Assembly (NCBI GenBank): GCA_031272445.1
Contig: JAISTT010000013.1
Location: forward strand, 25,875-89,874
DNA: 64,000 nt
Source of the DNA: Candidatus Endomicrobiellum mastotermitis
GTDB taxonomy: Bacteria > Elusimicrobiota > Endomicrobiia > Endomicrobiales > Endomicrobiaceae
Direction: 5' to 3'
Shown: positions 60,994 to 64,000 of the stretch, in pieces
Position numbering within the stretch: position 1 is the stretch's first letter
Layout: each line of letters starts with the position of its first letter
The notes under the pieces: generated by a model
What the model was told of the DNA's origin: nothing
Databases searched by the model: none
The model's input: only the letters and a program-made list of their open reading frames with translations
Program-made: the position numbers and the translations under genes

Positions 60994-62019
60994 ATGCCTT
61001 TATTGAAAGTTCAAGATTTTAATAAGTTGATATCTAGTAGAAAATTGTCACCTATTTACTTGTTTATAGGTGAAGAGTCTTATCTTATAGATTTATGTCT
61101 TAAAAAAACGGAAAAGTTCCTTGCTGTGAATGATTTAAATAAGGAAATATTTTATGCCTCAGAAGTATGTGTGGAAGATATTTTAAATTCTCTTAAAACA
61201 CTTCCCTTTTTAAATGATAAGAGAATGATTGTTGTTAAAGCTATTAATAAAATTAAAGCTGTTGATGCTGAAAAACTCATCAGTTATTTATCAAATATTG
61301 TAGAGACATCTTGTCTTGTACTTTTATATTCGGATAATTTAAATAAAGAAACTCTTATAAAAAGAAGAGAGTTTGTGGATAAATGTATTAATTCTGAAAA
61401 TTGTGTTTCCGTAGACTGTAGAAAACGATTTAAGAATGAAATAAACGAGTTTATAAGGAGTGAATTCGCTTTAAGGGGGAAGTTTGTTCCAGATGACGTA
61501 ATTTTAAAAATTACTGATGAAAACGATACTAGTTTGTTGAATATTTCAAATGAGATAGAAAAGTTATCATTATTTGTAGGTAAGAATAAAAAAGATGTTA
61601 CACGAGATGATCTAGAAAAAATCAGTGGATATGCCATAAAAGAAAGCGCCCATGCTTTGTCTTTAAATCTTGAATCAAAGGATTTAGAAAAATCTGTATT
61701 TTGCTTAGAAAAACTTGTAAATATGGGAGAAGAGCCTTTAATACTTCTTTCTGTGATTTCTTCATCTATTAGAAGGATGCTTAATGCAAAAAGTATGCTT
61801 GAAGAACAAGGGATACATCATAATAGAGTTGCTTTTACACTTTGTATAAATAGATTTTATGCAAAAATTTTCTTTTCAAATTTAAGAAAACATAATATTA
61901 AGTCATTAAAGGAAAGTTTAAAAATGATATTAAAAGCTGATACTATAATCAAGACTAGTAATAGTAATGATTCGGTATTAATTTTAGAAGAAGTTTTACT
62001 ATTTATTTGCAAAAATTAA
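60994..62019 (+). CDS. holA: DNA polymerase III delta subunit
   Basis: PIYLFIGEE.YL, TLPFL..KR, NEIEKL.L, D..IK; synteny with leuS/rpsT. Confidence 0.9.
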   Translation: MPLLKVQDFNKLISSRKLSPIYLFIGEESYLIDLCLKKTEKFLAVNDLNKEIFYASEVCVEDILNSLKTLPFLNDKRMIVVKAINKIKAVDAEKLISYLSNIVETSCLVLLYSDNLNKETLIKRREFVDKCINSENCVSVDCRKRFKNEINEFIRSEFALRGKFVPDDVILKITDENDTSLLNISNEIEKLSLFVGKNKKDVTRDDLEKISGYAIKESAHALSLNLESKDLEKSVFCLEKLVNMGEEPLILLSVISSSIRRMLNAKSMLEEQGIHHNRVAFTLCINRFYAKIFFSNLRKHNIKSLKESLKMILKADTIIKTSNSNDSVLILEEVLLFICKN

Positions 62020-62103
62020 AAATTGAGGAACCAATATAAAAGAGTACTTATTATAAGAAGTTATATAATATAAAATAAACAATACTATTACATTTTTAAG
62101 TTG

Positions 62104-62397
62104 TTAGTCTTTACTTTTATTATTTTTTGCCACAAGCCTGGATAGTTTTGCTTTTTTATTTGAAGCAGTTTTAAAGTGTAGTATGTGTTTCTTTGCGGCT
62201 TTATCCAATTCTGAAAAAGCTTGTCTTAGTAGTTGTTCTTGTGACACTTCCGTAGTATCATTGCTTATTGCTGTCTTAATTCTTTTAATCGAAGTTTTTA
62301 TTTTACTTTTTATTGCCATATTCCTTTTATTTCTTTTTTCTGCTTTTCTTGCCTCTTTAATAGATGAAGTGTGCCTGCCTGTTTTGAGTTTTGCCAT
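62104..62397 (-). CDS. rpsT: 30S ribosomal protein S20
   Basis: S.IK..R...R..RN...KS.IKT, DKAAKK..LH..TA...K.KL; ATG 62397 after GGAGGG SD. Confidence 0.95.
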   Translation of the reverse strand: MAKLKTGRHTSSIKEARKAEKRNKRNMAIKSKIKTSIKRIKTAISNDTTEVSQEQLLRQAFSELDKAAKKHILHFKTASNKKAKLSRLVAKNNKSKD

Positions 62398-62448
62398 TAT
62401 AATGTATCCCTCCAAGGTTTTGCTATTTCTTAATTTACTTAGCTTAGA

Positions 62449-62477
62449 ATTATACTTTAATAAGTAAAGTTTTGCAA
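62449..62477 (-). promoter_or_regulatory. sigma70-type promoter for rpsT
   Basis: Minus strand TTGCAA (62477-72), 17-bp spacer, TATAAT (62454-49). Confidence 0.65.
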
Positions 62478-62486
62478 AACGTTAAG

Positions 62487-63227
62487 TTATTTGCAGATAG
62501 GACAATCTTTTCTTTTTGAAATAGATCTAATCCTATATGTATTTTCTATGCCATTAAAAATTAAAACTTTATTTTTAAGACAATGTAGTCCCAAAATAAA
62601 TTTTATTGCTTCTAAAGCTTGCATAGAACCTATTGTGCCTGCTATTGCCCCAAGAATACCAAACGTTTTTGACGTCAATTCCGATGAAGGCTTTATGGGA
62701 TATATGCATTGAAAACAGCTTGTATTTTCTTTTGGAACTGCTACAGTTAAAATCCCTTCAAACTCACATACGGCTCCACATACTATTGTTATAGAACTTC
62801 TATAAGCAGCTGCATTTATCAAATATCTGCTTTGAAAATTATCAACCGCATCTATTACAACATCATAATTTTTAAAAATATCACTTGCATTTTCTTCTGT
62901 AAGTTTTTCTGAATATGTTTCAACTTTAACATCAGGATTAAATTTTTCAAGTTTTTCTTTGGCAATATATGCTTTTTGCTTTCTTATGTCTGCATGATTG
63001 TAAAGAATTTGTCTGTTTAAGTTACTTTGCTCTATGACATCAAAATCACACAAGCCTATACTACCTATACCTGCTGCTGCAAGGTAAATAAGTGCTGGAC
63101 CACCTAATCCTCCTGCTCCACATACAAGTACTTTTGCATTGAAAAGTTTTTGTTGTCCATGTTTTCCTATAGCTTTAATTGATAATTGTCTTTTATATCT
63201 TTCGAGGTCTATTTGCACTTTACCCAC
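62487..63227 (-). CDS. thiF: ThiF/MoeB family sulfur-carrier adenylyltransferase
   Basis: RYKRQ, GAGGLG, SNLNRQ, DN, CFQC and CPIC Zn motifs; follows thiS. Confidence 0.88.
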   Translation of the reverse strand: MGKVQIDLERYKRQLSIKAIGKHGQQKLFNAKVLVCGAGGLGGPALIYLAAAGIGSIGLCDFDVIEQSNLNRQILYNHADIRKQKAYIAKEKLEKFNPDVKVETYSEKLTEENASDIFKNYDVVIDAVDNFQSRYLINAAAYRSSITIVCGAVCEFEGILTVAVPKENTSCFQCIYPIKPSSELTSKTFGILGAIAGTIGSMQALEAIKFILGLHCLKNKVLIFNGIENTYRIRSISKRKDCPICK

Positions 63228-63423
63228 CTCCTACAAATCTTAATATTTCTAATGTGTCTCCTTCTTCCAGTATAACTTTCGTGATATTTTCTTGATTAAC
63301 AATTTCTGAGTTATGTTCAACTGTTACTTCTATAGGGTCAATATTGTTATTTTTTAAAAAGTCAGCTATGTTTATTTTGTCTTCCAATTTTTTGTTTTCT
63401 CCATTAATTTTAACGTCAATCAT
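63220..63423 (-). CDS. thiS: Thiamine biosynthesis sulfur carrier
   Basis: INGE, VE.N.EI, GD.LEI.RFVGGG C-terminus. Confidence 0.95.
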   Translation of the reverse strand: MIDVKINGENKKLEDKINIADFLKNNNIDPIEVTVEHNSEIVNQENITKVILEEGDTLEILRFVGGG

Positions 63424-64000
63424 TTTTTATTGTCTCCTGCACTTTTTTTATTTTGAATTTTATATTTTTTGCAGATGTTATCTCTGTTACCATGCATATG
63501 TTTTCAGGTTTGTATTTGCAGACTTCAGATAGGTTTACAAGCTTAATACCTCCTATTGCTACTTTTGGCACTCTAATATTTTTCATACAGAAACTTAGAT
63601 ATTCAAGTCCTACAGGATTTGTAACATTTTCTTTTGTAAAAGTTTTATATATTGGTCCAACCCCTACATAATCAGCCCCATATTCTACGGCAGATCTTAC
63701 TTGTTCGGGTGAATGAGTGGATATGCCTATTACTATATTATGTCCTACAATTTCTCTAGCTTTTAAAATAGGCAAATCTTCTTGCCCTAAGTGTATCCCA
63801 TCACTTTGTATGGTTAAGGCTATATCTATATCGTCATTTATTATGAAAAAACATTTGTAATCTATGGTCAATTTTCTTATGGCTTCGCATTGTTTAAATT
63901 TCTCAAGTTTTGATTTATGCTTATCTCGATATTGTAAGACTTTTATTCCTGCATCAAGCATTTCTTTTACTACAGTGATATTGTCTTTGCCATTTGAAAA
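63416..64000 (-). CDS. thiE: Thiamine-phosphate synthase (5' end beyond window)
   Basis: QYRDK, INDD, DGIHLGQED, GISTH, GPIY.T.TK, AIGGI; frame stays open to 64000. Confidence 0.94.
   Translation of the reverse strand, partial: FSNGKDNITVVKEMLDAGIKVLQYRDKHKSKLEKFKQCEAIRKLTIDYKCFFIINDDIDIALTIQSDGIHLGQEDLPILKAREIVGHNIVIGISTHSPEQVRSAVEYGADYVGVGPIYKTFTKENVTNPVGLEYLSFCMKNIRVPKVAIGGIKLVNLSEVCKYKPENICMVTEITSAKNIKFKIKKVQETIKND

Noticed and set aside
902-61637. Many 60-138-aa minus-strand ORFs inside + strand genes, and + strand ORFs inside rpsT/thi genes
   Set aside because: They are antisense shadows of well-supported genes, with no motifs.

Overview
An AT-rich bacterial chromosome segment. Almost all genes lie on the + strand, which is G>C skewed and probably the leading strand; only rpsT-thiF-thiS-thiE at the right end are on the minus strand. 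Content is mostly housekeeping. It includes a de novo purine/pyrimidine cluster (purD purE pyrB pyrC pyrK pyrD pyrF lysE-like::pyrE purM purN purB), tRNA-Val, def-fmt-trxA-trxB-polA-coaE-rho-rpmE-prfA-prmC-murA, rpsB-tsf-pyrH-frr-fdx-uppS-cdsA-dxr-rseP-ispG-greA-proS, and an NCS2 permease with lpd and gcvT. It continues with infC-rpmI-rplT-ktrB-ktrA-pheS-pheT, zapB-like/zapA-rarA-5-FCL-rny-xseA-xseB-ispA-dxs, and leuS-lptE-holA. Two clear pseudogenes (a TPR protein and a GlcD/D-lactate dehydrogenase-like oxidase) and two ORF-free eroded gaps suggest a genome under reductive evolution. An LptE-like gene indicates a diderm cell; the S20 N-terminus MAKLKTGRHTS and the gene content suggest Elusimicrobiota, probably an Endomicrobium-type endosymbiont (inference, not a database result). 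The most notable observations are: an in-frame fusion of a LysE-family exporter to orotate phosphoribosyltransferase; an infC that appears to need a GUC start codon behind an L20-leader-like attenuator; a Pol I with an Asp steric gate and inactivated proofreading motifs; and a 57-aa 2[4Fe-4S] ferredoxin that the ORF track missed. No CRISPR array, rRNA, or intact mobile element was seen.
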